Below are positions 48,108-60,634 of a DNA stretch of 64,000 nt, piece after piece (positions within the stretch are counted from its first letter, which is position 1; each line of letters begins with the position of its first letter). The notes beneath the pieces are model-generated. The model was not told the origin of the DNA and ran no database searches. It saw only the letters and a list, made by a program, of their open reading frames with translations. Origin of the DNA: Fistulifera solaris (taxonomy: Eukaryota); NCBI GenBank assembly GCA_030295235.1, contig AP026127.1, positions 310,001 to 374,000 of the forward strand. The letters run 5' to 3'. The translations under genes were made by a program, and so were the position numbers.

Positions 48108-50100
48108 ATGAGCGACATTAGTTACAACTGCGTCGATCCCGACAAAGGCGTACAGTGCGCCGAATCTTGCGTCTCATTGGACGCCTGCAACGACTGCAAT
48201 TGCACTTTTTTGGATTTAAGTGACACGGGAGGTCCGTGGGGCGACTTTATGGATGTTTTCTTTTGCTTATTTCCCATTATTGTTCTAGTTATCACGGTAA
48301 CTGTCCCAAAATTCATGCTTCCCACGACCGTGTCGCTGCCACTGGCGGCCTTTCTCATGTTCTTGGTCCGACTCGCTTACTTGGGTAGTGATCCGCTGTT
48401 AACGACGGCTTCGGTGATATTGGGACTCCTCGAAGCACTCACGCCACTCTCGATCATGGCCGGGGCCATTTGTCTTTTTGAAACGATGGAATCGACGCTC
48501 TGTTTGCCCTTTATGATGCGCGAGATTGAAGCACTGACCGAAGGTCATCCCATTGCCGAATTGATGCTCATTTTCGCCTTTGCCTATTTGGTGGAAGGTG
48601 CTTCGGGATTTGGTACCCCGGCCGCGCTTTCGGCTCCCATGCTCGTACGGAGACATTACCCCGCCGTTGAATCGGTGGTCGTCGTGCTCATCTTTAATAC
48701 ATTCGCGACCGTATGGGGTGCGGTGGGGACACCTTTATGGTTTGGTTTTCAGAGTCTCGAAGATGGTATCAGCGAAGCAACCTTTGACGATCTGCTCTTG
48801 ACCATTTCGTCCAAAGCGGCCGTCGCCTTGGCGGCATCCGCGCTGGTATTGATGCCACTCATCTTGACCATTCTGGTACCCTGGCAGCATGTCCTGTCGA
48901 ACCTTCTGTTCGTCTATTTGTCGTTGCTCAGTACCATTGGCCCGTCTGTGGCGCTGGCGCATATCAATTACGAATTTCCGTCCTTGATCGGTGGCATTGC
49001 CGGTTGCATGCTGTCCGCCATCTTGGTCAAGTACAAAGTTGGCATGACGCATGTGGACCATAGTGTGGCGGAAGAACAAGAAATTTCTTTTACACCAAAC
49101 CCCGAAGCCGTCCCAGATACCAGCAACGATCGGGAAGAAGTTACTGGTACCGATAACGACGAACCAAAAGAAACGGAGACAGAAAATGGTGCTCCAGAGA
49201 ATGGCGAAGGTTCACACTGCGAAAAAAACAAAAAAGTTGATGCAACGCCAATTGTCACGCCGGGAGGAAACGGCAAGTTTCCATGATTCACTGGGACCTC
49301 GTAAGACGTATCAAGAGGGATATTTGACCGATGTATTTTTACGCACGTTCCCCTTATGGGGCGTGGTGCTGTTGCTGATTGCCACGCGCGTCGAACAAAT
49401 TGGTATCAAGGATTATCTTACGTCGACGGACAAGTACTTCTCGATTCATTTTGGGACACTTGGAACGTTTCGACTCTCCACGAGCGTGGTCTTTGAGTTT
49501 CGCGACATTATGACGTATCCGAATTTGAACTGGAACTACGAATTGTTTTATGTGCCCTTTATCCTTCCGTTCATTCTGATATCCTTGCTTACTATGCTGC
49601 TATTCCGGAAGGATATGACCGGTCGACCTAGAGACATTGCATTCGTGGTCTTGGATCGACTGAAAAATCCGGCCATTGCATTGTTTGGAGCATTGGTGCT
49701 GGTCCAGTTGATGATTCAAATGGAGGAAGTGGCACCGGCATTCATTCTCGGTACCGTCTTGTCCGATTGGTTCCAAGAGGCGTTTGTTGTCATTTCACCT
49801 TTACTGGGGGCCCTCGGTTCTTTCTTTTCCGGTTCCACGACGGTCTCGAATTTAACGTTCGGATCCATCCAACGCATCGCCGCCGAATCGATCGGTACCA
49901 GTTCGACGACGATGTTGGCCTTGCAGGCGGTGGGCGCTTCTGCCGGCAATGGTATTTGTCTGAACAACATCATTTCGGCGTGTGCCGTGGTGGGTTTGAA
50001 TGTCAGTGAAGGGCAGCTTCTACTGCGGACGTACAAGTATGTCTTTGCGACGACTACCATTTCGACAGCCATCATGTTGGCGTTCTTTTTCCGCTTTTGA
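48108..50100 (+). CDS. L-lactate/glycolate permease (LctP/LldP/GlcA family); one frameshift between ~49050 and 49286
   Basis: FAYLVEGASGFGTPAAL, VWGAVGTPLWFG, YEFPSLIGG, LGALGSFFSGSTTVSNLTF, QAVGASAGNGIC; many TM helices. Confidence 0.87.
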
Positions 50101-50480
50101 GGTTCACGACAATATGAATTTGATAGCTCACATGTAAATAGTTTTCATGATTATTTCCCTTCCACATACCGGAAAAATAAAAATGTTTGGCGGCGAAAAG
50201 ACTAACAATGCAGCAATACCTAGCGCAGATGTCTTGACCAAGGACTGAGAAAACGTGACTGCAATAGTCACAGCCACGAAATTTTTTCGGTTGCGATGCG
50301 GCCATATCGCAATACATTCATTCATTTTCGTTAATGTAAAAAGAATAGCCAACCCGTAGGGCGAGCTTTACCTTCGTATCAACCCGCTTTCACCACTGAT
50401 TCGGAAGGTGGCATCTGCACCGAATGTCGCAACCACGCTCCTTCCGCTTTTAGTCACAGAACAGAAGTGGCGATCACATC

Positions 50481-51581
50481 ATGTCGTCCTCTTGGAATTT
50501 CGTTCATGAGAGTGTCTCCAGCTTTTGGCTGCCTCGTCATCATGATTCACACAACAATAGCAACAAAAACAAAATGACAGCCATCGTATTGAGTCAGATC
50601 ATTGCTCTCTTGGCCGCATCGACGAACGCGGCTTCGTTTACACTCGTCCATCGATGCGGAATTGCGACACAATTTACACAAATGATACCCATGTATTTTC
50701 TATTATCCTTTCAACTCTTGGCTCGATCATCGGACAACGATCTGCGGATACCGTGGTGGAACTATTTCCTGATATCGCTCTGTTTTGACGTCTTTCCCAA
50801 TTTTCTGGTGCTCCGCTCTCTGTGTTCTACCACATTGACAAGCGTGACATTGCTCAGTGCGTTGTCGGTGCCGTCCACCATGATATTTTCCAAACTCTTG
50901 CTGCGACGGACCTTTCGATCACAGCATTACTGGGGGGTGTGTTGCTGTATTTTGGGGGGATGTTTGACCGTTTTGTGTGACCAAGAGCATCGCGGCAAAC
51001 CTACTGCATCGCCAACGGCCGAGGAAAGCAAAAGCAGTCCGTTCGTGGGAGATATTCTGGTGATATTGTCGGCAATCATATACGGTTTAGGGGATGTCGT
51101 GGCGGAACAAGCCGTTCAACAATTGGATCGCCAGGAATACTTGGGAATGATCGGTGTGTTTGGATTCTTTCAAAGTGTCGTGGCAGCGGCATGGTGGGAG
51201 TTACCCGAAATCGAAAGGATTGTCACGTCAACCCAAACATGGGAAACCGTTTGGGTGCTACGATGGTATACGACTTCGGTCTACTTATATTACCGCACGT
51301 ATGCCTACTTTTTGACCACTGCCGATGCTACTTTATTGAATCTCTCCGGACAAGCGTCGAATGTTTGGGCTATTTTGTTTTCAGTATTCATTTATCGCTT
51401 CATGCCGTCGGTATTCTTTTTCGTAGCCCTTCTTTTGGTGGTGGGTGGTGTTTTCTTATACGAAGACGGCTCGTGTTGCTGGTTTCGCTACGCAAGTTAT
51501 CCGGAAGCGAAACCGTTGTTGACGACAAGGAACACTGGAGCCATCGTTTTGGATGTCAACTATTTTTCTAATAAGCGATAA
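50481..51581 (+). CDS. SLC35F/DUF914 drug-metabolite superfamily transporter
   Basis: DVFPNFLVL...TTLTSVTLL, GDILVILSAIIYGLGDVVAE, EYLGMIGVFG, ATLLNLS; about 10 TM segments. Confidence 0.78.
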   Translation: MSSSWNFVHESVSSFWLPRHHDSHNNSNKNKMTAIVLSQIIALLAASTNAASFTLVHRCGIATQFTQMIPMYFLLSFQLLARSSDNDLRIPWWNYFLISLCFDVFPNFLVLRSLCSTTLTSVTLLSALSVPSTMIFSKLLLRRTFRSQHYWGVCCCILGGCLTVLCDQEHRGKPTASPTAEESKSSPFVGDILVILSAIIYGLGDVVAEQAVQQLDRQEYLGMIGVFGFFQSVVAAAWWELPEIERIVTSTQTWETVWVLRWYTTSVYLYYRTYAYFLTTADATLLNLSGQASNVWAILFSVFIYRFMPSVFFFVALLLVVGGVFLYEDGSCCWFRYASYPEAKPLLTTRNTGAIVLDVNYFSNKR

Positions 51582-51741
51582 TCGGATAGAAATAATCAAA
51601 AGATCTATTGCTCGCAGATGACAATGCTTGTGCGAATATCTTCGTGTTATAATAATTAAATGCGTTGGGTAAGGTGATAGAGTGTTTCAAACGCGCTCAC
51701 GTTCGCTCTCAATTAGAAAAAGAGGTCAAAAGCTCTTTCGT

Positions 51742-52308
51742 TTAATTGAGAGCATAACCACTCAAAAAGAGCACAAAGAACGCCGCCAACCCCCCAAAAA
51801 CGGCGAGATTCTTTTGCTGCGACGACCAGGCATTCGTTCCGAATCCGTATCCTTGATTGACGGCAAAACCCGGAATTTCTTCCACTTGCTCTTCGAAGGA
51901 ATCTTTCGAGGCCCGACATACGGGACAACGCCAATTGCTGGGCAAATCCGCAAACGGCGTGCCCGGTTGGACCATCCCACCAATCATCATAACATCGCCC
52001 TTGGTTTCGTCGTAGACCCAATCGCAATTTTTGCAAGTACTCTTGCCGAGACTCTTCTTCATAAACACTTCTTGTTCGCGAAGTTCTTGCGCGCGACGCA
52101 TCTTTTCGAGTTGCTTCTGTGTTTCGGCGTCCATGGTAGCGGATGCCATGGGGTCCGACCGATCTTCCGAGGTCGGCTCGCTGCTCATGAAGAATCGATG
52201 CGTCTTTTGTGTCGCAAATGCCCGAGGCTGTGTTGAAAATCCCTCACAGGCGGCCATCAATAGGACAGCAACTGTGAATGTTTGTAGGATCAGTGTTTTC
52301 GACGACAT
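51742..52308 (-). CDS. RBD1: Plastid thylakoid rubredoxin (RubA/RBD1-like)
   Basis: Bipartite presequence (ACEG|F); CKNC...FADLPSNWRCPVC; GFAVNQGYGFG; C-terminal TM helix. Confidence 0.88.
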   Translation of the reverse strand: MSSKTLILQTFTVAVLLMAACEGFSTQPRAFATQKTHRFFMSSEPTSEDRSDPMASATMDAETQKQLEKMRRAQELREQEVFMKKSLGKSTCKNCDWVYDETKGDVMMIGGMVQPGTPFADLPSNWRCPVCRASKDSFEEQVEEIPGFAVNQGYGFGTNAWSSQQKNLAVFGGLAAFFVLFLSGYALN

Positions 52309-52927
52309 GTTGTTGTTGTATCAAGGGTGTTCGAAGAAGATTGTTTTACTTTGTCGCAAGGAATGAAGTTGTTTGGGATGTCTTCTTTGCTGACGAGCGA
52401 CTGCTTCAGTATCAACTTTTGATAAACACGATATGTTGATGATTCAACCAATCTGATTCAATAACTGCAACGACACAATAGGAGATGCGGATAATGATTC
52501 AATCATCTGATCGCTTTGCGTTTTGCAGTGCAATGTGAACTGATGTCATCGCGGTCGCAGCAGGCTTGCTTGGTTGACGGTTGACGCAGTACAAAATGAC
52601 TCAGCATCACAATCTTACCGGTACTCAGAAGGTATCCCGTGACGTAAACACCGTGACTGACTGGCGAACCGCTCACAGAAAAAGTGACGACAATAAAAAC
52701 GTTTGCGATTGATTGAATGAAGTAGTCTAGCGGTTTGTATCGCTCCTTGGAAGAAAGATACCAAGCATAATGTTTATTACTTCTTCATCATGATATTAAA
52801 AAGTATTGTGAAGTTTTCGAGCTGGCCATTTTTCTTTTCCGGATTTTCATCAGTGTCTCCCTCATCATTGCGCCCCCTGAACTCCATCGCATCACTGCGT
52901 AACAGTTACTCAACTTCGCTACCTAGA

Positions 52928-53622
52928 ATGGCAAACGATCACCCGACAATTGAACGCAGGCCACGCCGCAGAAATCGACCGGGAATGAACTCGTATCTCA
53001 AAGTCTTGTTCGAAAACGACGATACACTGGACCGACTGCACTCGATTGCTGCAAATCTACAAAACGAAATCCCGAAACTCAGCATTCGATCGCTGCCATC
53101 GCTTCATATGACACTCTTTTTGGCGGAGAAATTCTGTGCAATGAACTTTCGAAAGACGAATTGCATTATTGGCATACGCAGGTTCAGAATTGCTTCGCCG
53201 CGTCGCATTTTTGCAGTCCATCATCATCCGCTGCGCAGGAAATAATGCCCCCAGACTTTTGGTTTCACTTCGCCCGGTTGCGGACATTTCCTCCTCATCG
53301 CAACAATTTGATTGTGGCCGAATTCGAGGCTTCTCCGGCCTGGCATGCGCTGTACCGTGATCTCCAAACCATTGCACGAGACTCTCCAGGCTTCCAGGAA
53401 CTGGCCACCACCCAGCCATGGATCCCTCACATCACCTTGGCCAACCTTCCGCGGTCGACGGAATCGACGCTCAACAGGCTGTTGGAGGCCGCGTCGAACG
53501 AATTTCCCAAGAATGAGACAATTGCTGCATCGGGCATCGGTATGGGTGGTCCTGTACCCCTGCAAGATGAATTGAACTGGAACTTCGTATACGGCGGTTC
53601 CGGATCCAGCTCTATTCCTTGA
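52928..53622 (+). CDS. 2H phosphoesterase / 2'-5' RNA ligase superfamily protein; frameshift near 53120
   Basis: Two HxT motifs (SLHMTLF, WIPHITLA); frames join if one T is added. Confidence 0.72.
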
Positions 53623-54811
53623 ACACAAATCATCGAGGAACCATTGCTCGATGGAAAGGAACGATCCAGGCCAGCATTATTTACTACGTAGCACCCGAAA
53701 AACTCCAGACTGACTCCTCGCTGAGATTCCAGCCAAGAATATGATATTCAGGAACTAAAGTCAATTACTTATTAACCTCTCAAGACTACTTCTTACCTAC
53801 AGTAGCCTCAAACCATTTCATTTATCTGTAGAATCTAAAGACTTCCTAATCGCAATAACCTCTCTAGGGAATTGGTAATTGGTAGAGATTAGTCTAGAGA
53901 TCCTAGCTAATTTTATACGGAGTGCGGAGTGTAAAAGGAGGGCATCTCGGAAGTCGGAAGTGGATTTAGTATTGCCCTTGAAGTGAACACGGAAGTCAAA
54001 TGGCTTCAATGAAGCATTATGGCATTTTACAATTTGCTCATATACTGATGTGACTCACTGGCATTTTCGAATTAACCACTGAGTCAGATCAGTACTTGCT
54101 CTATTAAGCCAGTCTTCCTGCATGATTGAATACCGTAAACGACACTTATTTACTATGAAATAGAATGTAGCGGGTAGCGGGTAGACGCAAAACGAGCAAC
54201 GAAGAAGGAACCAGAATTCAGTCTTGCATGTTCGCTTTCACGAGAACTTGCACCGCGCCCTTTCTTTGCATTTCGTACTCTATATTCTACAGTGCGTAGT
54301 CCGTTGCCCTTCGCACTTCGCATAACAAAAGTAACGGTAATGTCTAAAATGTCCCTTTTCAACTAAGCCCTTCGGCCCTTGTTTTTAAATGTGTTTCAAA
54401 ACGCTAGCCCTTAGGGCCTTCGAAATATTAATTAAGTAACGATAGATTACTGGAAACTAGAAATCGTTTTTATTGAGTACTATTCTTATCTATGATCGTT
54501 AGGATGCGGTCATTCATTGTACTTCTTAGGTAATAGTTGTCTTAACCTTTTTTGAATATTTGCAGTACTAAATGTCTGCTGGCTGACGCTGTTCTTTGCG
54601 CGGTGCGGGTGGTTCCGTTTTCGCGTGCACGGATCGTGCCATAAATTTTTCCTTGACGAACAACGCAACGTTCCTTCTTATTCACCGCATTGAGCAGCCA
54701 ACAAGACCCATCGATTTCGATCATTATTTCTTATCCATTTCCGCACCTCTTCTATACTTTGGCAATTTCGTTTTACGTTCAGTTTATAATTAAGCAAAAT
54801 TAAAGGCCACA

Positions 54812-55571
54812 ATGGGAAGCGATGCACCGCCCCTCATACAATCACCGGCGCGTCGCAACTTACGAGAATTGTTTCGACGCGAACTTTCGGGGAAATCATG
54901 GAATCGCAGTGGACGAACCATCAATACACTGTCGTCTCACAGCAGTCACGACGATAAAAGGAAATGTCAAAATAACGTGTCCTTTGCGGATGAGGCCGTC
55001 GAAGGCATGGAAGTTAGCGTTCGATTCATTGAAACGTGCGAAATTTACACCGAACCTTTGTCGGAGGAAGAGCGCAATTTATATTTTTATACGGTAAGAA
55101 AATGTTTGACAGTGATTGCAAATACGTCAAGTGCACATTGGGTTTCTCACAGAGTTGTCGTTTGTGCTTTATTTATCATTATTACAGTCCAGCGACGTGC
55201 AAGCCTTTCAAAAAGATAGTGCATTGACTGCGGTGATGTACATTAAACGACGAGAAGCCAATATCGCGTGGGAAGAAAACGAATACAGCATCCGAGGACT
55301 CGAGGAAATGATCCAAAAAGCATCAATGAAACCCGGAGAGAAATGTAAACGAGAACGACATTGCGCGAAAGTGCTGGCCGAACAGGAACGGTTACGAACA
55401 CAGAATCTGTTATCCCCGGAGCGATTACGAGGAGCGTCATCGAGTAGTTCGAAAGCCGACCGAGCAGCTGCTATCATTAAAGCCGAACACGATGCTGTAT
55501 TTTGTGGGTACAAGACCGATCGACGGGCCAAGTTAGTTCGACAATTCTCTTCGATTCGTTCAACATCATAA
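54812..55571 (+). CDS. Diatom-type hypothetical protein (VSF...RGLE...VLxEQ family); intron 55094-55187
   Basis: Phase-0 GTAAGA...TTACAG intron joins ORFs 54812-55219 and 55116-55571; NVSFAD, SIRGLE and VLAEQERLR motifs. Confidence 0.72.
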
Positions 55572-55660
55572 TTAAAGTCTAGCAACCATTTTTGCTAAAT
55601 ATTTTCTTGAAACTTATCCGCAAACATGTGTCTTTCTCTAATCATTATTTAGTAGTCAAG

Positions 55661-56666
55661 CTACTTTTGTTCATTATTGTCTCCCTGATCACTTCCTTCA
55701 TCACCACCGCCGCTACTTCCGCTGCCTACCATGAATCCCAAACCACCCCCGGCCGGAACGCGACGGGCAATTTCACTAATCATCCTCTGCGGGGGCTGTC
55801 CTTGGAGCCATACGGTACCGGGACCTTTAAGTGTTGTGATGAAAAGACCTTCCCCACCAGCAAATACATTGGCGAATCCTTTCACCATTTGAACGTCTGT
55901 CACAGGGATAAAGTAATGATAATCATTTATTCGTCAGTCAAAAGCAATTGAAAACGAACTAGTAAACTCCGAAATAGAGAAACTCACCATAATCGACTTG
56001 ACTCGTAAAGGCAACCAAACAACCGGACGAAATCCGGAGTTCTTCACCGTCCCGTAGATCTCTCCGTATCAGGGTACCTCCCGCTTTCAGAAAAACATCA
56101 CCTTGTCCCGTAAGAGCTTGCAAAATAAATCCTTCACCACCAAAGAAACCTGACGCAAATGATTTCGTAAATTCCATTTGCACATCAATCGTATGCGATG
56201 CGCACAGCAGTGCACCTTTCTGACACACCAGTTTGCCGCCGTATTCCGGTACATTGAGGCGCAATATTTTCGAAGGAAAGTCGGTCCCCAGCGCTACCCG
56301 TCCTACCGTGTTTCCACTATACGTGTAATCGGAAATGAAAAAGTTTTGACCCGTCATCATGCGACGAAATCCCGCCGAAAGGCCGCCGCCGGTCGTCGTA
56401 TTCATTTCGACCCCTTCCGTCAAATACATCATGGCACCGGACTCGGCCCGCAGAACTTGATTTGGTCGTAATTCAATGGTAACAATTTGACTTTCATTCC
56501 CTTCAATTTTGGCCGCCAAATCAAAATCAATCGGTTCTCCGACGACTCCATCGACACTCGTGAGTGTGGGAGTTTGCGAAGCCAACGTGCGATGCGGATA
56601 TCTCGCGATCGGTCCCCGCCTTGTGGCGGACGACGCAGCGCGTAGAACTGGAATAAGTCTTTGCAT
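55661..56666 (-). CDS. AIM24: AIM24 family protein with a mitochondrial presequence; intron 55897-55987
   Basis: R/S/A-rich N-terminus; AESGAM, GFFGGEGF, GCLVAF, FAGGEGLFITTLKGPGTVWLQ; GTGAGT...GACAG intron. Confidence 0.88.
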
Positions 56667-57435
56667 TGCGATGAGATACAGCAGTCAGAGACGTAGTGAA
56701 GATAGCAATCTAGAAAGACCTCCTTGATGATTATTTTCTTATTACTCCGTATTATTGCCGTGCAACACGACGCGAGATCGCGATGGTGGGAGTAAGTACC
56801 GCTACGATAAGTAGGAAACAATGTTTCCGTGACTGAATCAGTCTTGGTGAAAACGGACAACACTTTGGTACTATAGTCAATTTTAAGGAGCACAATACTT
56901 TGCGACAAAGCCACCGTAAAGAACTAAAGGATGCAACGCATTTGTCAATCAGCAACAGCTCTTAGTCAATACTTCGTTTAGCAAGAGCAAGTGGACTTAG
57001 AAACAAAACAACGGACATCCATTCCATATTGTTTGACTTTGCTTCTCCCTCCTACGATTGGAGAGAGAGTGAAACAACGATGATCCGGAGATTCATGAGC
57101 ATTGTCGACTCAAATCGCAATTCGGTGATTTGCAAATGTGGCCCCTAAGTCATTCCTAGACCTAGTAACGCAGTAATGCTACAAACGAAACGCAAAAGAC
57201 AACAAGTTGTTCTCTACGCATTAAAGAAGAACCATGGTCAACGTCTCATGACTGAAATCCTGTCTTGGCTATCATAATATACGGAGTAACAGTTTGGGCC
57301 ACAGTGAAAAGCGAGACGACGGCTGCATTTCATTATTGACACTTTTAGGGCTATAGGCAACAAAACAATCTGCATCAATAATTAATTAAACCACTTTCTT
57401 TGTGAGCGTTAAAGGCACCGTTGAAAAAGGGCACA

Positions 57436-58812
57436 ATGGCAAGGCCTCGTCTCGTGCACGAGGGGCTACCGATCGGTGTCTCAGCAAAGCAGGAGGATCA
57501 CGACGACACGATGATGACCGATTTGCCTGATGCTATAAGAAAGAGAACGACAAAATCGGTAGCTTCGTCTTCTCTACTAAATGCACTGGGAGGAAAAGCC
57601 GTGATAGCGAAGCGTGGAGCAAAGGCTCATAATTCTCGCTTTGTGATCGGAGCGGATCGTCAGATGAAGTCTGTTGTCAGTGATCCGCATATGAGACTCG
57701 GCCATGCATCGGAACATTCTACGAAAACAGAGAGTCATCCTCAGCAGAACGATTCAAAACATGCCTCTAATCCGCAACACGCAAGCCATTTCTTCATTAG
57801 TAATGATCATCACATGATGACGACAGATACGCATTCGCAGCCCCCGCATCACTTTGCTTACTCGAGAAACCCTGGTCATCACCCCGCTCAGCATCATTAT
57901 TCTATCCAATCTTCACAACAACAACAACATCCGGATACTCATTCGTTAAATGGGTACGCTCACAACCACTTTCATACAAATCCACATGAGCTAGAAGTAG
58001 CATCTACTTCCCATACTCACAACAATCTACAAAGTCCCCTAACATCTTACAATCCAAACCACCACACGCAACGCGCCACGACACGGACTCACATCGAAAT
58101 CGGGAGAGACGAACGGCCTACCGAGCATATGGAAGGCGTGGAAGATCACAGCATCAAGCCACCGTTGGTGGTTTTGGATGGAGCCAACGTCGCACACGCC
58201 TACGGCAAAACACTGCATTCGCGATTGTGTTCCACCGAAGTACAACCGGATGCACGTGGCATCCTCGTAGCGTGTGAGTATTTCGCTCACGCACAATTGC
58301 GAGTTTTGGTCGTCTTGCCGGCACACTGGTTTCAACGGAAGAATAATAATTCGTCTTCCGCGACCAGCGACGACGCGTTATTATTCCGAGTGATTGAAGA
58401 ATTGGACTATCAAGGAATACTGGTTCCGTCTCCACCCAGTGATGATGATGACGCTTATGCTTTAACGATTGCGCAGCGAGAAAACACACGAGCCGCCCAG
58501 AGTCATCGACATGGTCCAGGATACGTGCTCTCGAATGACATGTTTCGTGATGCCCAGAATCGAGATGCTAGTGGGGAGTTGAAGAGATGGTTGACCAAAG
58601 GTTTGTCCTCGTCTCTTTCCAGCCACAATGGCTCCTCCTCCTTGGCTGCGGCTGCGAGTGGATCACAAGACACAGGGCCGGGTCGTATCTCATATACATT
58701 TTGTGACATGGGTCGGATGGATGATCACGGGGAACGAGAGTTGGACTTTATACCCAATCCTCGGCATCCTCTCATTGCTTGGATCGAAAGTCAACGCCTA
58801 ACGTCGTTTTGA
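57436..58812 (+). CDS. NYN/PIN (Regnase-1/ZC3H12-like) ribonuclease with a His/Gln-rich N-terminus
   Basis: VVLDGANVA, PSDDDDAYAL and VLSNDMFRD catalytic Asp motifs. Confidence 0.82.
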   Translation: MARPRLVHEGLPIGVSAKQEDHDDTMMTDLPDAIRKRTTKSVASSSLLNALGGKAVIAKRGAKAHNSRFVIGADRQMKSVVSDPHMRLGHASEHSTKTESHPQQNDSKHASNPQHASHFFISNDHHMMTTDTHSQPPHHFAYSRNPGHHPAQHHYSIQSSQQQQHPDTHSLNGYAHNHFHTNPHELEVASTSHTHNNLQSPLTSYNPNHHTQRATTRTHIEIGRDERPTEHMEGVEDHSIKPPLVVLDGANVAHAYGKTLHSRLCSTEVQPDARGILVACEYFAHAQLRVLVVLPAHWFQRKNNNSSSATSDDALLFRVIEELDYQGILVPSPPSDDDDAYALTIAQRENTRAAQSHRHGPGYVLSNDMFRDAQNRDASGELKRWLTKGLSSSLSSHNGSSSLAAAASGSQDTGPGRISYTFCDMGRMDDHGERELDFIPNPRHPLIAWIESQRLTSF

Positions 58813-58914
58813 AATAGGAACTTGTTAACTTATTCTATTTGTCACACAATTTAGTTAGCTACAACTTTATTGAAAGAACGCTTTAACAGACTATGCTTTA
58901 CAATCTATACGGAA

Positions 58915-59691
58915 TTAGCACTCAAAGCCATTGGGTGCCATGTTTCTATGAGAAACGTCGTAATATTCATCCGCGGGAAACTCTTCATCGAACGCTTTTG
59001 AGGACTGAACTTTTACGAAAACGGATGATGTGTGACGGTGTCCCCTGCTAGGAAGATATACTGTACACTTATCCCTGGCAGTTTCATCAAAAGGGAACGG
59101 ATTGTGATAAATGTCATCGAACAAGGTGCCGAAGCCTTCATCGTACCCAGATAAACTGCTTTCGTGATCATCGTTATCATAAAGGATAATTTGTCGCGGT
59201 ATCTTGCTGGCGTGTTTCGACTGCAAGCGCCGTTTGATTGCCAGAAGTTCATGACGCTCCTCGGAAGTGGTGGATGTCGATGAATCCTCTTGAATGTAGG
59301 CATCCACATCCACAGGTCCTGCATATTCATCGCGGCTTTTAACAGATTCATGAGCATTCAGTTGATTGTGATCATCTTCTGTACGCGAAAATTGATAGCT
59401 CTTTTCTTCGTCGAGTACGTTTGGAAGAGGACGAGAGAAAGGCTGAATGATTATTTCATCAACAGGTCCAGGTATCTTTGCCTCCGATCTTTGACTGCTC
59501 AAATCGGCGCGACATTCTTCGTTGGTGCTAGATGGATGATTGCTGGGGAGCAAAGTTTGCTTGGAAGCTGAACCAAAGGTGCCGCACGAGACGGATTCTT
59601 CTACAGTCGATTCCGCCGACGCTGTGGAGACGACATCTTTCCCTCGGCGCTTATTGATAGACTTCCAGAGGCCCAGTCGAGTATTGGGCAT
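58915..59691 (-). CDS. Hypothetical acidic, low-complexity protein (258 aa)
   Basis: Intact ATG ORF; GPVD motif twice; no recognised domain. Confidence 0.55.
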   Translation of the reverse strand: MPNTRLGLWKSINKRRGKDVVSTASAESTVEESVSCGTFGSASKQTLLPSNHPSSTNEECRADLSSQRSEAKIPGPVDEIIIQPFSRPLPNVLDEEKSYQFSRTEDDHNQLNAHESVKSRDEYAGPVDVDAYIQEDSSTSTTSEERHELLAIKRRLQSKHASKIPRQIILYDNDDHESSLSGYDEGFGTLFDDIYHNPFPFDETARDKCTVYLPSRGHRHTSSVFVKVQSSKAFDEEFPADEYYDVSHRNMAPNGFEC

Positions 59692-60634
59692 TTCTTTATT
59701 CTACTGCTTTACAATTCAATAAATGGGCGGCTATTTGGATCGTGGAGAAGTGTGTCTTTCGTCGAAAGGAATGCATGGTGGCTTGTTGCTGTCCTAGTCG
59801 ATGATCTGTGTTAGTTTTTTTCGTCCTTTTTCAGCGAAGAGTGAAGAAAATTCTTGAAGTTCGCACAAAAACCCATAAGTATTTCCTTCAACCGTCGCAG
59901 AAAACGGAAAATTCGGAAGCTGCCGCACGATGTCGGCTGACGCCACGACTGGTACATAGTACACTAATGGAGAGAGTACCAATCCCGGATGTGTCGAACG
60001 ACTATCAAAGCGCGGACAAAATAATAATGTTTCGTCGACTAGGGAATTAGTGGCCATATTTTAAGCCCCTTCGCCTAGAGCGATAAAAAGATTGACCAGT
60101 ATTCCTACTACAGCATGGTAATGGTCAGTTGCTTATTGATGCGTTGCCATTTGGCGTAATTTGGCGCCGCATAACATCTCGAAAAATTTTAGTGAACGAT
60201 GACGGCAAAAGCGAGAGCTCTTGAGAGAGGAACAGACGAACGATTTTAACCACGATCTTAGCAGTTGCTCCTACTATCGTGCTGCGCGATGCATGCACTT
60301 TAGTCCCATAGATGCGAAAGTGCATGTAGGTCACAGTTTCAAGATCCTGCGGATACCTGCTCTCTAGAATCAAGTCGTGGAGAGATTTTTGCAAGGAACA
60401 GGATTCGACGATGAACTTTCATAAAGGAAGTTGGTTGGTTATTTCTGCGGACATTGTCGAAGAACATCGGATTGAGACCATCACACGACGACGAGCAGGC
60501 AAGTAGGTTGCTGTGAGACTACGTAGTTTTTATCATTTTGATCATACTTGTTACACCACATCTCAACGAAAAGTCATAGCCATCTTTGATGCATTTAATA
60601 AAAAGTTCCTTTTTAAGCCTCGTACAGTACATCG

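Noticed and set aside
52430..52515. Possible box C/D snoRNA (TGATGA...CTGA...CTGA) upstream of rubredoxin
   Set aside because: Imperfect C box, no convincing terminal stem or recognisable rRNA guide; more likely a duplicated TGATTCAA promoter motif. An Infernal/snoscan run would settle it.
53620..54810. AT-richer spacer as a centromere or LTR remnant
   Set aside because: Only ~1.2 kb and moderately AT-rich; no paired LTR, primer-binding site or pol remnant seen.
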